A stretch of 64,000 nt of DNA. It comes from an uncultured archaeon. Lineage in GTDB: Archaea; Nanobdellota; Nanobdellia; Pacearchaeales; GW2011-AR1. Below are positions 45,572-55,676 of this stretch, one piece after another (the stretch's first letter is position 1; each line of letters opens with the position of its first letter). The notes below the pieces were generated by a model. It saw only the letters and a list, made by a program, of their open reading frames with translations, searched no databases and was not told the origin of the DNA. A program made the translations under genes and the position numbers. The DNA lies in the NCBI GenBank assembly GCA_902385625.1, contig CABMGE010000001.1, positions 18,765 to 82,764 on the forward strand, given 5' to 3'.

Positions 45572-45645
45572 TTTTAAGCTAAATTTACTTTAGCTAAAAA
45601 TTACATCATGTGTGAAGCACAGGGTTCATGTTCCTCAGAACATTA
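45572..45645 (+). repeat. multi-hairpin repeat, copy D
   Basis: TTTTAAGC, HP1 gctaaa-tttac-tttagc, AAAAATTAC, tgtg-aag-caca, HP3 atgtt-cctcag-aacat; overlaps the stop codon of 45643..46059. Confidence 0.7.
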
Positions 45646-46059
45646 CCCAAGATATTTTGGAATTATTTGCTCTTTATATTCTTTAACCGTTAAAACCTCA
45701 AGACCATCTCTGTCTCCTGTTATAAGTCCTGGAAATTCATATAATCTATAGCGTGTTGAATAGTCTTCTTTCTCAAGTAAAAAATCAAAAATTTTATATC
45801 TTTCATCACTATTCTCGAGAATAGTTTTGGACTTATCTGAAATTTCCTCTTCAGTTAGCTTCCATTCAATAGATGAGTTTGGAATGAGTGGAGCAATAAT
45901 AAATATTTTATCTTGTCTTCCAAAATAAAAAGACTTGCATCCATTAAATTTTAATCTTAGTTCAGATTTATACAAATCTTCGAGTGCTTTTTCAGAAGAA
46001 ATCATGTAGTCCCTGGACTGGTAGTTTCCTACAATTTTATATCTGAATCTTTCTTCCAT
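45643..46059 (-). CDS. hypothetical protein
   Basis: 138-aa ORF. Confidence 0.45.
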   Translation of the reverse strand: MEERFRYKIVGNYQSRDYMISSEKALEDLYKSELRLKFNGCKSFYFGRQDKIFIIAPLIPNSSIEWKLTEEEISDKSKTILENSDERYKIFDFLLEKEDYSTRYRLYEFPGLITGDRDGLEVLTVKEYKEQIIPKYLG

Positions 46060-46146
46060 TATTTTAATATAAACGTTTAATTATTAATTTATTGGGGCGA
46101 ACAATAACACCACAATTATACTTAAGAATATTTGGTTGAATTAAAT

Positions 46147-46605
46147 TTAATTTCTATGAATCCAGGGATTTCCATACATCTCAGTAGGAGAATCATCAAC
46201 TGGAAATAGATTCAAGATTTTAATTATAGTATTTTGATATCCCAAAGACTCTCTTAATTCCCTTACAATGCTTTGTTCACCAGAATTTAACAACATATCA
46301 TTTTTAACAAGTTCTTCTATTCCATCCTTCCTAACAAATATCCCCATAGCCTGTCTTTTTTTGTTATATTTAACCGAGTATCTTGTGCCATCTATTTCAA
46401 GTCTTTTTATACCTCCCTCATTATCTAGTACAGGAAGAGAGACAGCTGCAACTTTCTCCTGTTCAGAACAATTTTCATCAAAATACTTTTTTATTCCTTC
46501 ATATATTCCCGGAAGTTTGGATTTCAATCTCTTCCATTCTTCAGGACTTACATTTTTAATTATATAACTCATAATGAAAATAAGTCTAAACTTATATTTA
46601 AGCAA
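46147..46605 (-). CDS. hypothetical protein
   Basis: 152-aa ORF; may start at the internal MSYIIKN. Confidence 0.45.
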   Translation of the reverse strand: MLKYKFRLIFIMSYIIKNVSPEEWKRLKSKLPGIYEGIKKYFDENCSEQEKVAAVSLPVLDNEGGIKRLEIDGTRYSVKYNKKRQAMGIFVRKDGIEELVKNDMLLNSGEQSIVRELRESLGYQNTIIKILNLFPVDDSPTEMYGNPWIHRN

Positions 46606-46630
46606 TTAGTTATAGAAATATAATAATTGA

Positions 46631-46852
46631 CTAAACTATCTTATTAACAAGATAAATTAGTTCAAGTGTGCTTACTGTAGAAGACAATACAACATATGAA
46701 GTATAATCTATTTCATTAAGCATAAATTCTCTGTTTGATATTTCATTTGCTAGAGCTCTTTCCAGATTTTTTTTCGATTCTTCACTCACTTTAAGAAAAG
46801 CATTAATTGGCCCGTATATTGGAACTAAAAAATCTGTAATACTTCTCTTCAT
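46631..46852 (-). CDS. hypothetical small protein
   Basis: 73-aa ORF directly downstream of S7. Confidence 0.35.
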   Translation of the reverse strand: MKRSITDFLVPIYGPINAFLKVSEESKKNLERALANEISNREFMLNEIDYTSYVVLSSTVSTLELIYLVNKIV

Positions 46853-46870
46853 ATTAAAAATATTTGAAAA

Positions 46871-47557
46871 TTATCTTGCAGAGTCAGCCTGTTTTTCAGA
46901 ATCTCTTTTTTTAACCATTGCATAACTATCTGCTTCATTGTTATATGCTTTGATTATTTCATCAGCCAAAGCTTCATGTATCTTTGTCTTTTTATTGAAT
47001 GATTTATCATAACTTCCCTGTACAATTATTCTAAGAGTCATTGTAACCCTTCTAAGAGGCGAAATGTCCACTGCCTGTGGATATCTTGCTCCACCATATT
47101 CAATAACAGTTATACCGTCTCTTGGAGCTGCATTTTCAATTCCAGTAACCAAAACCTGTACTGGGTTTTGCTTTGTTTTTTGTTCAATTACTTTTAAGCA
47201 ATCAAGAACAATTTTCATATTTTGTGAATATTTTCCAGTCTTCCAGAAAGTTTGTATCTTATGCTTTTTTCCTCTGTGGCCTGGAACTGCAACCAAATTT
47301 GCGAATATTTCAAGCAAATTTATTTTTGATTTAGAATATTTTTCCCTGATTCTTCCATAACTTTTTACAACAAGTTTTGGTTCAAGATTAATGTATCTTT
47401 TCATTCCAGGATCTTTTATAACAATATTTGAAACATCATATAATCCGAATAACTTGAATCCTTCTTCTTTTTGTTTCCCATCATCAATCAATTCTTTTTT
47501 TAATTCTTCTATCTGTTCTTCAGTCATATCTTGATCATAATCTTGTTCGTGTCTCAT
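46871..47557 (-). CDS. rps7: 30S ribosomal protein S7 (uS7)
   Basis: Position after S12; NLVAVPGHRGKKHK, GARYPQAVDISPLRRV, acidic N-terminal extension. Confidence 0.9.
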   Translation of the reverse strand: MRHEQDYDQDMTEEQIEELKKELIDDGKQKEEGFKLFGLYDVSNIVIKDPGMKRYINLEPKLVVKSYGRIREKYSKSKINLLEIFANLVAVPGHRGKKHKIQTFWKTGKYSQNMKIVLDCLKVIEQKTKQNPVQVLVTGIENAAPRDGITVIEYGGARYPQAVDISPLRRVTMTLRIIVQGSYDKSFNKKTKIHEALADEIIKAYNNEADSYAMVKKRDSEKQADSAR

Positions 47558-47558
47558 T

Positions 47559-47981
47559 TTACCTTCTTCCCTTCTCTATCTTTCCTTTCCACAATAGTTT
47601 CAAAGGTTGATCATTTACTTTTATAACTTGCCATCTGACTCCGGGAATATCTCCTTTACTTCTTCCTTGTTTTCCACCAATTCTTTCAATAATAACTTCA
47701 TCATGTTCATCAATAAATTTTTGAGCTAGATTTCCAGGAATAAAAGCAGTTACAGTTCTTGAGTTTTTAATAAGCTGAACCTTGCAACATTTTCTCATTG
47801 CTGAGTTTGGCTGCTTTGCTTCTTTTTGAACTTTTTCAATAACAATTCCTTTTGCCTGGTTTTTTCCTCCAAGTGGATCTGATTTCTTGAATAGGTTTAA
47901 AGTTCTTACTTTATAGGGTCTGTCTTTCCACCTAAACTTTCTTCTGTTCTTCATAAGTTTTGTTGCGTTTCTTAGTCCCAT
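47559..47981 (-). CDS. rps12: 30S ribosomal protein S12 (uS12)
   Basis: [38 protein letters not shown]. Confidence 0.95.
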   Translation of the reverse strand: MGLRNATKLMKNRRKFRWKDRPYKVRTLNLFKKSDPLGGKNQAKGIVIEKVQKEAKQPNSAMRKCCKVQLIKNSRTVTAFIPGNLAQKFIDEHDEVIIERIGGKQGRSKGDIPGVRWQVIKVNDQPLKLLWKGKIEKGRR

Positions 47982-48117
47982 TATGTTAAATTTTTAGATT
48001 AATATAAATTAATCAATAATAATTAATGATAATATTGAGGGTTTAAAAAGCTATCGAAGTTATCAAATTTTTTAAGGATAATAATATTAGTTTAGAAATA
48101 TTTTATGTACGAGTTAA

Positions 48118-48543
48118 TTACTTTACTCTGACTTTTCTTATTCCAAAATACTGTCCAAGTATGTTTTCCATTTCTTGAAGTCTTGCTTTATCTCTTCCGA
48201 TTAGCGATGCCTTGCTTTGAGTATTTGCGTTTATTATCGCTTCGTCGTCTTTTACCTCGATGGATTTGAATCTAACAGGTCTTGTAATTATTGCAGCAAA
48301 ACTTTCAAGATCTTCTTTTCCATTAGGTTCAGCAACGATTTTTATTTTCTTCCCGATAATAGAACTTAATTTTTCAAGATTTTGGTTATTTGGTCCAATT
48401 GCTCTTACAACAAATTTTCTTGGAACAACAAAAATAATTGTATTATTATATTCAAAACAATGGTTGGTTCTAATTCTTGTAACATTGTTAAATATATTTG
48501 CATATCTTATAAATTTCATATCTAAAATTCTTGTTGCTTCCAT
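48118..48543 (-). CDS. nusA: archaeal NusA-like KH-domain termination factor
   Basis: 141 aa, two KH-like units, conserved position between rpoA and S12. Confidence 0.8.
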   Translation of the reverse strand: MEATRILDMKFIRYANIFNNVTRIRTNHCFEYNNTIIFVVPRKFVVRAIGPNNQNLEKLSSIIGKKIKIVAEPNGKEDLESFAAIITRPVRFKSIEVKDDEAIINANTQSKASLIGRDKARLQEMENILGQYFGIRKVRVK

Positions 48544-48794
48544 TTTGTTGATTTATCTTTTTAAAAATGGATAGCTTAAAAATTGTAAAATTTTTATTGC
48601 TTCCATTTTTTGTTATATACTATATCTAAAAAAGATTATAAAAGACAATTGTATGCAGACTTTTTAAATGTTTCGTAAGTTTTATCGAGGGAAAATCTAT
48701 TTTTTTAGAGGATTTATCTCTTCAGATCTATAAGTCTTTTCATAAATTATCAAGTTAAAAATTAATATCTATCCCAAATAAAAAATATTGAGTC

Positions 48795-51700
48795 TTATTT
48801 CTTCTTTGCCTTTTCAACAATAGGTTCAGTAGAATGTTTAGAAGAATCTTTTGTCTTTTTTGTAAGTTTTTCTACACTCTTGTCTTTCTTTGGTTCTTTG
48901 TCTGTTAGAGGTCCTGTTACTTCAACCATAAGGCCAGGAAGTCCTGTACCAACTGGAACAGGTTGATTCAAGATTATATTTTCAATTACTGAATTAAGTT
49001 CATCTTTGTTTTCTTTAAGTGTTGCATTTACAAACTGTTTAACTGGTGTTTCGAATGAAGCTCTTGCAAGTATTGAACTTTTCTGTGAAATTATTCCCAT
49101 TCTTGTAATTCCTTTAACAATTCCTTCAGATGTCATTGCATCTGCAATTAATTGAGAGTGTCTTCTGTCAATATCAAGTCCCTGAGAGTTGATTACCTTC
49201 TGGATTTCCTTAATTATTGTTTCTCTTGCAACTTCAATTCCAAATACATCTGAAACTTCATGAATATCATTTGAAATTGTCTTTGACTTGTTAATTCCCT
49301 TAAATGCTATTATGTCTTTAAGGTTTGTTCCTGCAGTAAGAATAACATATCCATCTTCTCTTTTAACAACAAGAACCTGTTCAATTCCTTTAACACCTGA
49401 AATTATAGATTCTTTTACTTTTTCTTTTAACTTGTAAATGTCCTTGAAATTAAGCTCTTTCTCATTAAACACAATCATGTTTCCATTTGCCTTGCAGTTT
49501 TTTCCAAGTTTTAATTCCTTTAGTCTGTTTGCAATAGTTTCAACTGAAGAATGAACTCTTTTAACAGCATCAGCATCAATAACTGCTTCTATTTTTTTAT
49601 CTGCAAAGTTAATTTTAATTTCTTTTACAATATCTTTAAGTGTTACTTCTTGTATTTTTTCTGCAATAATCTTTGCATCTTTTTCATTATTATGGTCTTT
49701 ATCCAGATAAATTTCCATTGTTGGAGTTGAAGGTGTTCTTCTTGCATCAAAGATTTCAATCAGTCTTGGAAGTCCTGATGTTACCTGGAACTCAGAAACT
49801 CCTGCAAAGTGGAATGATGAAAGTGCCATCTGTGTTGATGGTTCTCCAAATGATTGAGCAGTAACAATACCAATTGCCTCTCCAGGACATACGTCTTGAT
49901 TTTTATGAAGTCCAGAAACATCTTTTCCATCTTCTCCATATTTAAACTGTATTATAGCTCCGCTTCCATCTCTTACTGTTTTATCATATTCAACTCTTAT
50001 ATCTTGAAGTGCATTTGCAAGTCTTCTGTATAAGTAACCTGATTTTGGAGTTCTAAGAGCAGTATCCATCAGAGCATCTCTTCCTGTTATTGCTCCAAAG
50101 AAGAATTCATAAGGTTCAAGTCCTTTCAAGAATGAATTGTAAATAAATCCTCTTGACTTTGGAGACAAATCTCCTTCTTTGAAAAATGATAGGGTTCTGT
50201 TATTATAACCAATTCCAATTCTCTTTGCCCAAAGTGCCTGCTGACCTACACAACATGCCATCTGTGTGATATTAAGTACATTTCCTCCAGCACCTGCATT
50301 TATCATAAAGCTTACTGGATTTGTTTTGGCAACTTCTTTCTCAACTATTTTTCCTATTTTTGTTCTGATTCCGTTAAGTGTCTGAAGAATCTTTATCTCT
50401 CTTGTTTCTTCAGGAGTTTTTCCTGGAATTATTTCAAGAGTATTTTTTCTATAACTTTCAATAATTTCATCTGTTTCTTTTTCAGCATCTTTGATTATAT
50501 CTTCAGTAGATTTTTTTATTTTTTCATTAACATTAAGATCATTTACAGAGATTGTAAATCCATGTCCTGAAAGATAATGAGTACCAAGTCTGAATGCTTT
50601 TTCTAAAACATCTATTGTTTTTGTTCTTCCAACTTGCCCATCTAAAAATTTCAAAAGTTCTCCTGCTTCAACTCCAAATACATTCTTATCCACAACACCT
50701 GATTCTATTTCTCCACTCTTGATTACAAATGGATCTCCAGATTTTGTCTTGCCTTTATAGTCTATTTTTGGAATTATTTGAGATATTATTTCCTTTCCAT
50801 TAATCATACTTTTAGAAACTCTTGCGTCTATTCCAGTCTGGAATAATAACTGTGAAGAATCTGCCTTTGAGATCATATTGCTACTAAGTAAATAATTTCC
50901 AGTAACAGCATCAGATACACATCCAAGCATATTACTATTATCTTTGCAGGAAATTAAATTTTGATTTACATCCATAAGTATCTTTGCTTCTGCTCTTGCT
51001 TCTTCTGTTTGTGGAACATGAATATTCATTTCATCTCCATCAAAATCTGCATTGTAAGGAGGAGCAGTTGCTGGATGTATTCTAAATGTTTTGTATGGAA
51101 GAACTTTTACAAAGTGAGCCATCAAGCTTGCTTTATGAAGTGATGGGTGTCTATTAAAGAGTACAACATCTCCATCAATTAATTGTCTTTCGACAACATA
51201 TCCAGGTTGAAGTTCATCAAGAATTTCTTGCTTTAAGTCCTGAGTAACTCTTTTTCTTCTTCCATCAGGCCTTATTATATAATTTGCAGTAGGATAGTGT
51301 TCGTGTTTTATTACTTCTTTTAAGTTTTCAATATTTTTTGTTGTAACCTTTTCATTAACTGTAAGTATTTCAGCTATTTCAAAAGGAACTCCAACTTCAT
51401 TTATTTTAAGTGCAGGATCAGGAGAGATAACTGTTCTTGAAGAGAAATTAACTCTCTTTCCAGCAAGATTATGTCTGATTCTTCCTTCTTTTCCTTTTAT
51501 TCTTTCAGTAATAGTTTTAAGAGGTTGTCCGCTTCTGTGTCTTGCAGGTGGAATCTTTGTAATTGAGTTATCAAAGAATGTTGTAACATGATATTGAAGT
51601 AAATCCCATAAATCCTCGATAATAACTTCAGGAGCTCCTGCATTAAGGTTTTCCCATAATCTTTGGTTTGCTCTGATTATATCTGATAATTTGTGTGTAA

Positions 51701-52352
51701 GGTCATCTTCTGATCTTTCTCCACTTTCAAGTGTGATCGATGGTCTAACAGTTACAGGAGGAACTAATAGTAATGTAAGTACTCCCCATTCAGATCTGAA
51801 TATTTTTGGATCAATTCCAGCAAGTCTTGCTTCTTCATCTGAAATTCTTGCAAGTCTTTCTCTTATTTCTCCGGGAAATAATCTTCTTTTTCCAATTCTG
51901 AATGTTGATGGTTTTTCAAGTTTTATCTTTTCTTGTTCACATGAACAATGAGGGCATTTTTTTGCATCTCTAGATCTTCTAAGTCTGTCTTTTACAGACT
52001 TGTATTTTTCACGATCTTTGTCTTTGAGCATTAGTCTATGACATTCAGAACAATAACATCTTAAGAATAATTCAATTATTTGCACATATTTTATATGAAT
52101 AACAGGTCTTGCAAGTTCAATACTTCCTGGATGACCTAAACACTCCTTAAGTCTTCCTCCGCAAGTTCTACATCTTACTCCTGGATCAATTGCTCCAAGT
52201 CTCAAATCCATTAGGCCTCCATCAACAGGATAACCATCTACATCATAAAGTTCAGGAGTGATAATTTTTGCTTTTGATATTTTCTTAATCTCGTCAGGAC
52301 TAAGTAAAGAAAATTGCAAACTTTCAACTTGTTTTCGAACTGGTTTTGCCAT
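48795..52352 (-). CDS. rpoA: DNA-directed RNA polymerase subunit A, unsplit (A' and A'' regions in one ORF)
   Basis: Zn motifs CRTCGG.../CPHC, NADFDGDEMN active site, bridge-helix region, then trigger-loop AQSFGEPSTQMALSSFHFAGV in the same 1185-aa ORF. Confidence 0.95.
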   Translation of the reverse strand: MAKPVRKQVESLQFSLLSPDEIKKISKAKIITPELYDVDGYPVDGGLMDLRLGAIDPGVRCRTCGGRLKECLGHPGSIELARPVIHIKYVQIIELFLRCYCSECHRLMLKDKDREKYKSVKDRLRRSRDAKKCPHCSCEQEKIKLEKPSTFRIGKRRLFPGEIRERLARISDEEARLAGIDPKIFRSEWGVLTLLLVPPVTVRPSITLESGERSEDDLTHKLSDIIRANQRLWENLNAGAPEVIIEDLWDLLQYHVTTFFDNSITKIPPARHRSGQPLKTITERIKGKEGRIRHNLAGKRVNFSSRTVISPDPALKINEVGVPFEIAEILTVNEKVTTKNIENLKEVIKHEHYPTANYIIRPDGRRKRVTQDLKQEILDELQPGYVVERQLIDGDVVLFNRHPSLHKASLMAHFVKVLPYKTFRIHPATAPPYNADFDGDEMNIHVPQTEEARAEAKILMDVNQNLISCKDNSNMLGCVSDAVTGNYLLSSNMISKADSSQLLFQTGIDARVSKSMINGKEIISQIIPKIDYKGKTKSGDPFVIKSGEIESGVVDKNVFGVEAGELLKFLDGQVGRTKTIDVLEKAFRLGTHYLSGHGFTISVNDLNVNEKIKKSTEDIIKDAEKETDEIIESYRKNTLEIIPGKTPEETREIKILQTLNGIRTKIGKIVEKEVAKTNPVSFMINAGAGGNVLNITQMACCVGQQALWAKRIGIGYNNRTLSFFKEGDLSPKSRGFIYNSFLKGLEPYEFFFGAITGRDALMDTALRTPKSGYLYRRLANALQDIRVEYDKTVRDGSGAIIQFKYGEDGKDVSGLHKNQDVCPGEAIGIVTAQSFGEPSTQMALSSFHFAGVSEFQVTSGLPRLIEIFDARRTPSTPTMEIYLDKDHNNEKDAKIIAEKIQEVTLKDIVKEIKINFADKKIEAVIDADAVKRVHSSVETIANRLKELKLGKNCKANGNMIVFNEKELNFKDIYKLKEKVKESIISGVKGIEQVLVVKREDGYVILTAGTNLKDIIAFKGINKSKTISNDIHEVSDVFGIEVARETIIKEIQKVINSQGLDIDRRHSQLIADAMTSEGIVKGITRMGIISQKSSILARASFETPVKQFVNATLKENKDELNSVIENIILNQPVPVGTGLPGLMVEVTGPLTDKEPKKDKSVEKLTKKTKDSSKHSTEPIVEKAKKK

Positions 52353-52354
52353 TT

Positions 52355-55300
52355 TTATTCGTATTTGTTTTTTAAATTAAATTTAGTTCTAATATGAAGT
52401 GATTGTATCTCATCAACAAGTAGCTTGAATGCATAAGATATTTCAACAGGTTCAATTTCTTGTGAACCGCAAAGTGCACAAAGCATTTTGTTTCTGATAT
52501 TATCTTCAATCGCAATAGCTCCGCATTTTATACAAATAGGAAGTACAACTTTATCAGAATCATATCTTTCTTTAAGTAGTAATGATGCTCCATGAGCAAC
52601 AAGTGCTTGCTGCTCCATTTCTCCAAGTCTAAGTGCTCCACCCTTTGCTCTTCCTTCAATTGGCTGTCTTGTAAGAAGTGTAACTTTACCATAAGCTCTT
52701 GCATGAAGTTTATTTGAAACCATGTATTTAAGTTTTAAGTAGTACATATTTCCAATATAGATTTTAACCTGCATCATTCTTCCTGTAATTCCATTGTACA
52801 TTGTTTCTTTTCCATCTTCTCTAAATCCTGCTTCTCTTAGTTGATCTTCTAAATCTTCAACTTTTTGTCCGGAAAATCCAGTTCCATCCATTATCTTTCC
52901 ACTTGTACATCCAACTTTTCCAGCAAGTAACTCAATTAAATATCCAACAGTCATTCTTCCAGGAATTGAATGCGGATTGAAAATTAAATCTGGTCTTACT
53001 CCTTTTGATGTAAATGGAACATCATTTTCAGGGATTATAGCTCCAATAATTCCTTTCTGTCCGTGATAAGTTGCGAATTTATCTCCAAGTTCAGGAATTC
53101 TCAGGTCTCTTGTTCTAACTCTTACTACTTTGTTGCCCTGTTCATCTTCAGTGATAAATACAGAATCAACAATTCCTTGTTCTTCTTGTCTTATTACAGA
53201 AGAAGATTCTTTTTTTGCTTTGATTGAAATTTCTCTTACTTCAGATAAGAATTTTGGAGGAGATATTTTTCCAATTGCAACATTTCCAGAAGTAAGTTTT
53301 GCTTCAACATAAGCAATACCATCATCTTCAAGATATTTGTAACTGTCTTCTGTTCTGTAACCAGAAACATCTTTTTCAGGAATACAAACTTCATCTTTAA
53401 GTCCGCCAGCATAATTAAGTTCAACAGAAGTATATGGTCTAAAATAAGTACTTCTTCCAAGTCCACGATCAAGACTTCCTTTATTTAGGATTAATGCATC
53501 CTCAATATTATAACCTTCATGAGTCATTACAGCAACAATCACATTTTGTCCTGCAGGGTGAACATTTAAAGTATCATAAACAAAGCTTCTAACAATTGGT
53601 CTTTGTGGATAATGCAAGATATTTACATCAGTATCTATTCTGCAATGGAAATTTGCAGAGTAAAGTCCTAATGCCTGTTTCTGGGTTTTACTTCCTCTAT
53701 TAAGTCTTGAACTCTGATCGTAATTTGCATAAGGAACAAGTGAAGTTACAACTCCAAGCAAATCAATTCTATCAATTTCTAAGTGTGTACTTTCTGAAGT
53801 AAGGTCTCTTGGTTCAAGTGCAACAAGAGCATTTTCCTCTTCAGCAGTATCTAAGTATTCGATTATTCCATTCTTGATTAAATCCATCCATTTAAGTGAA
53901 TTTTCTCTAAGGAGTCTAGTATGTTCTTCAGTTAGTCTTGATTTTCCAGTATCTGTAATTATAAGTGGTCTCATTACTCTTCCCACTTCTGTTGAAAGTA
54001 AAACATTATCCAATTGTTTGTTATATCTTATTGAAAGTTCAATTGGAAATTCACCATGTCTTCTTTTTTCTCGAAGTTCTGTTACGAATTTTTGTGAGTT
54101 TCCAACGTGTCCTATGAATCTTCCATTAAAGAAAATATCACTTCCTTCACTTTCCATTTCTCTTTTCATTCCCATGCCCATGAGTGTTTTTATTAATTTT
54201 TCATCATCTAAATCAGTTCTTGTAGATATTTTTGCAAGAAGTGCAAGGTTTTTTCTAAGTCCAATTTCAGTTCCCTCAGGAGTTTCTACAGGGCAGAATC
54301 TTCCATAATGTGTTGGGTGAAGTGTTCTTGCAAGGAAATTTTCTTGTTCTCCTGGAAGCATAGAAGAAACTCTTTGAAGTCCAGATAGAATTGCAAGATA
54401 ATTTGTTTTATCCATATTCTGTGTAACTCCAGTTCTTTCTCCAATCCAGTTACCTGTTGCAATTGCGCTTTCTATTCTATGTGTAAATAAAGTAGATTTT
54501 GCAATTGTTTTTATTGAATAGAATTTTTTTCTTTTTTGAATTTTTTGAAGTGAGTGTTGTATATCTCTTAATAATATGTTCATATTAACTCTAAATAAGT
54601 CAGAAAGTAAGTCTCCTGACATTCTTACTCTTTTATTTGCATAATGATCTTTGTCTGTAAGATTATTTGGATTTTCTTTTGCAATAAAGAATTGTTTTAT
54701 AAATTTGCATAATGTAATTGCTTTTTCAATTCTGTCATCTTTTTTAAGCCCAATATGAGGTAAGAAATAAGAATCAAGTCTTTGTTTTATTCTGTCAAGT
54801 ATCTCTTTTTCAGTTCCTTGTAATGAAGTTTTTTCAGAAATAGCCATCATAGCATCTTTTTCATTTTGAATATTTGCAAATTCATATAAGTTAACAATTA
54901 AAGAATCATTTTCTTTTCCAATATACTTTGCAATATCGCTTTCTTTAGTAAGGCCAAGTGCCTTAAGCATTATAACAATTGGAATATTTTTAAATCTTGA
55001 AAATGAAACTTCAACAATTCCATCAGGAGTATCTGTAATTGTTATTGGAATTCTATAACTTCCTCTCTTTGAGAATAGTCTAAGCATTATTTTTCCTTTT
55101 GATTTTTCAATAAAAGGTTGGTTTTCTGCCAAATCTTCAGTCATAACCATGATTCTTTCATTTCCATTGATAATGAAATATCCTCCTGGTTCAAGTGGGT
55201 CAATATAATTTTCAATTAATTGTTCTTTAGTCATTCCAGACAGATTGCATACTTCACTTTTTACAATTACAGGAATTTTTCCAATCTCAACTTCATGGCT

Positions 55301-55627
55301 TTCCATTTGTTCAAATTGTTTTACAGTTATTTCAACATTAACAGGAGCAGAGTAAGTAAGTCCTCTAATTCTTGCTTCAGCAGGAGTTATCAAGTGAGAG
55401 CTTCCATCAGCTTCTACAATCTGAGGTCTTCCAATTTTTATTTTTCCAAGCTTTATTTCTATATCCTCTTTTGGCATTGTCTCATTAAGTTCATCAATTA
55501 TTTCCTGCATTCTATGATTTATGAAATTATTATAAGAAACAATATTGGATTCAACTAGGCTATGATCTTCTAGATATTTCTTGACTAGCAGGTGTTCTTC
55601 TTTCTGTTTGTTTTTTTCGATTAGCAT
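52355..55627 (-). CDS. rpoB: DNA-directed RNA polymerase subunit B (unsplit)
   Basis: GDKFATYHGQKG, RLGEMEQQAL, C-terminal Zn ribbon CIKCG...CALCG; 1090 aa. Confidence 0.95.
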   Translation of the reverse strand: MLIEKNKQKEEHLLVKKYLEDHSLVESNIVSYNNFINHRMQEIIDELNETMPKEDIEIKLGKIKIGRPQIVEADGSSHLITPAEARIRGLTYSAPVNVEITVKQFEQMESHEVEIGKIPVIVKSEVCNLSGMTKEQLIENYIDPLEPGGYFIINGNERIMVMTEDLAENQPFIEKSKGKIMLRLFSKRGSYRIPITITDTPDGIVEVSFSRFKNIPIVIMLKALGLTKESDIAKYIGKENDSLIVNLYEFANIQNEKDAMMAISEKTSLQGTEKEILDRIKQRLDSYFLPHIGLKKDDRIEKAITLCKFIKQFFIAKENPNNLTDKDHYANKRVRMSGDLLSDLFRVNMNILLRDIQHSLQKIQKRKKFYSIKTIAKSTLFTHRIESAIATGNWIGERTGVTQNMDKTNYLAILSGLQRVSSMLPGEQENFLARTLHPTHYGRFCPVETPEGTEIGLRKNLALLAKISTRTDLDDEKLIKTLMGMGMKREMESEGSDIFFNGRFIGHVGNSQKFVTELREKRRHGEFPIELSIRYNKQLDNVLLSTEVGRVMRPLIITDTGKSRLTEEHTRLLRENSLKWMDLIKNGIIEYLDTAEEENALVALEPRDLTSESTHLEIDRIDLLGVVTSLVPYANYDQSSRLNRGSKTQKQALGLYSANFHCRIDTDVNILHYPQRPIVRSFVYDTLNVHPAGQNVIVAVMTHEGYNIEDALILNKGSLDRGLGRSTYFRPYTSVELNYAGGLKDEVCIPEKDVSGYRTEDSYKYLEDDGIAYVEAKLTSGNVAIGKISPPKFLSEVREISIKAKKESSSVIRQEEQGIVDSVFITEDEQGNKVVRVRTRDLRIPELGDKFATYHGQKGIIGAIIPENDVPFTSKGVRPDLIFNPHSIPGRMTVGYLIELLAGKVGCTSGKIMDGTGFSGQKVEDLEDQLREAGFREDGKETMYNGITGRMMQVKIYIGNMYYLKLKYMVSNKLHARAYGKVTLLTRQPIEGRAKGGALRLGEMEQQALVAHGASLLLKERYDSDKVVLPICIKCGAIAIEDNIRNKMLCALCGSQEIEPVEISYAFKLLVDEIQSLHIRTKFNLKNKYE

Positions 55628-55676
55628 TTTTTATTTTCCTTGTGATAAAAGCTATCCCTAGCTTCTCTCGCGATTT

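Noticed and set aside
45572-45645. Repeat elements as C/D-box sRNAs
   Set aside because: ATGATGT and CTGA strings occur in copy D (minus strand) and CTGA in copy A. Their order and spacing do not fit C-D'-C'-D, and the boxes are not conserved among copies.
52355-55627. Plus-strand ORFs inside rpoB (53130..53312, 53874..54308, 55220..55558) and similar ones inside rpoA, nfo, EF-1alpha and the KAS gene
   Set aside because: They are fully nested antisense to strongly supported conserved genes and have low-complexity S/F/L-rich translations.
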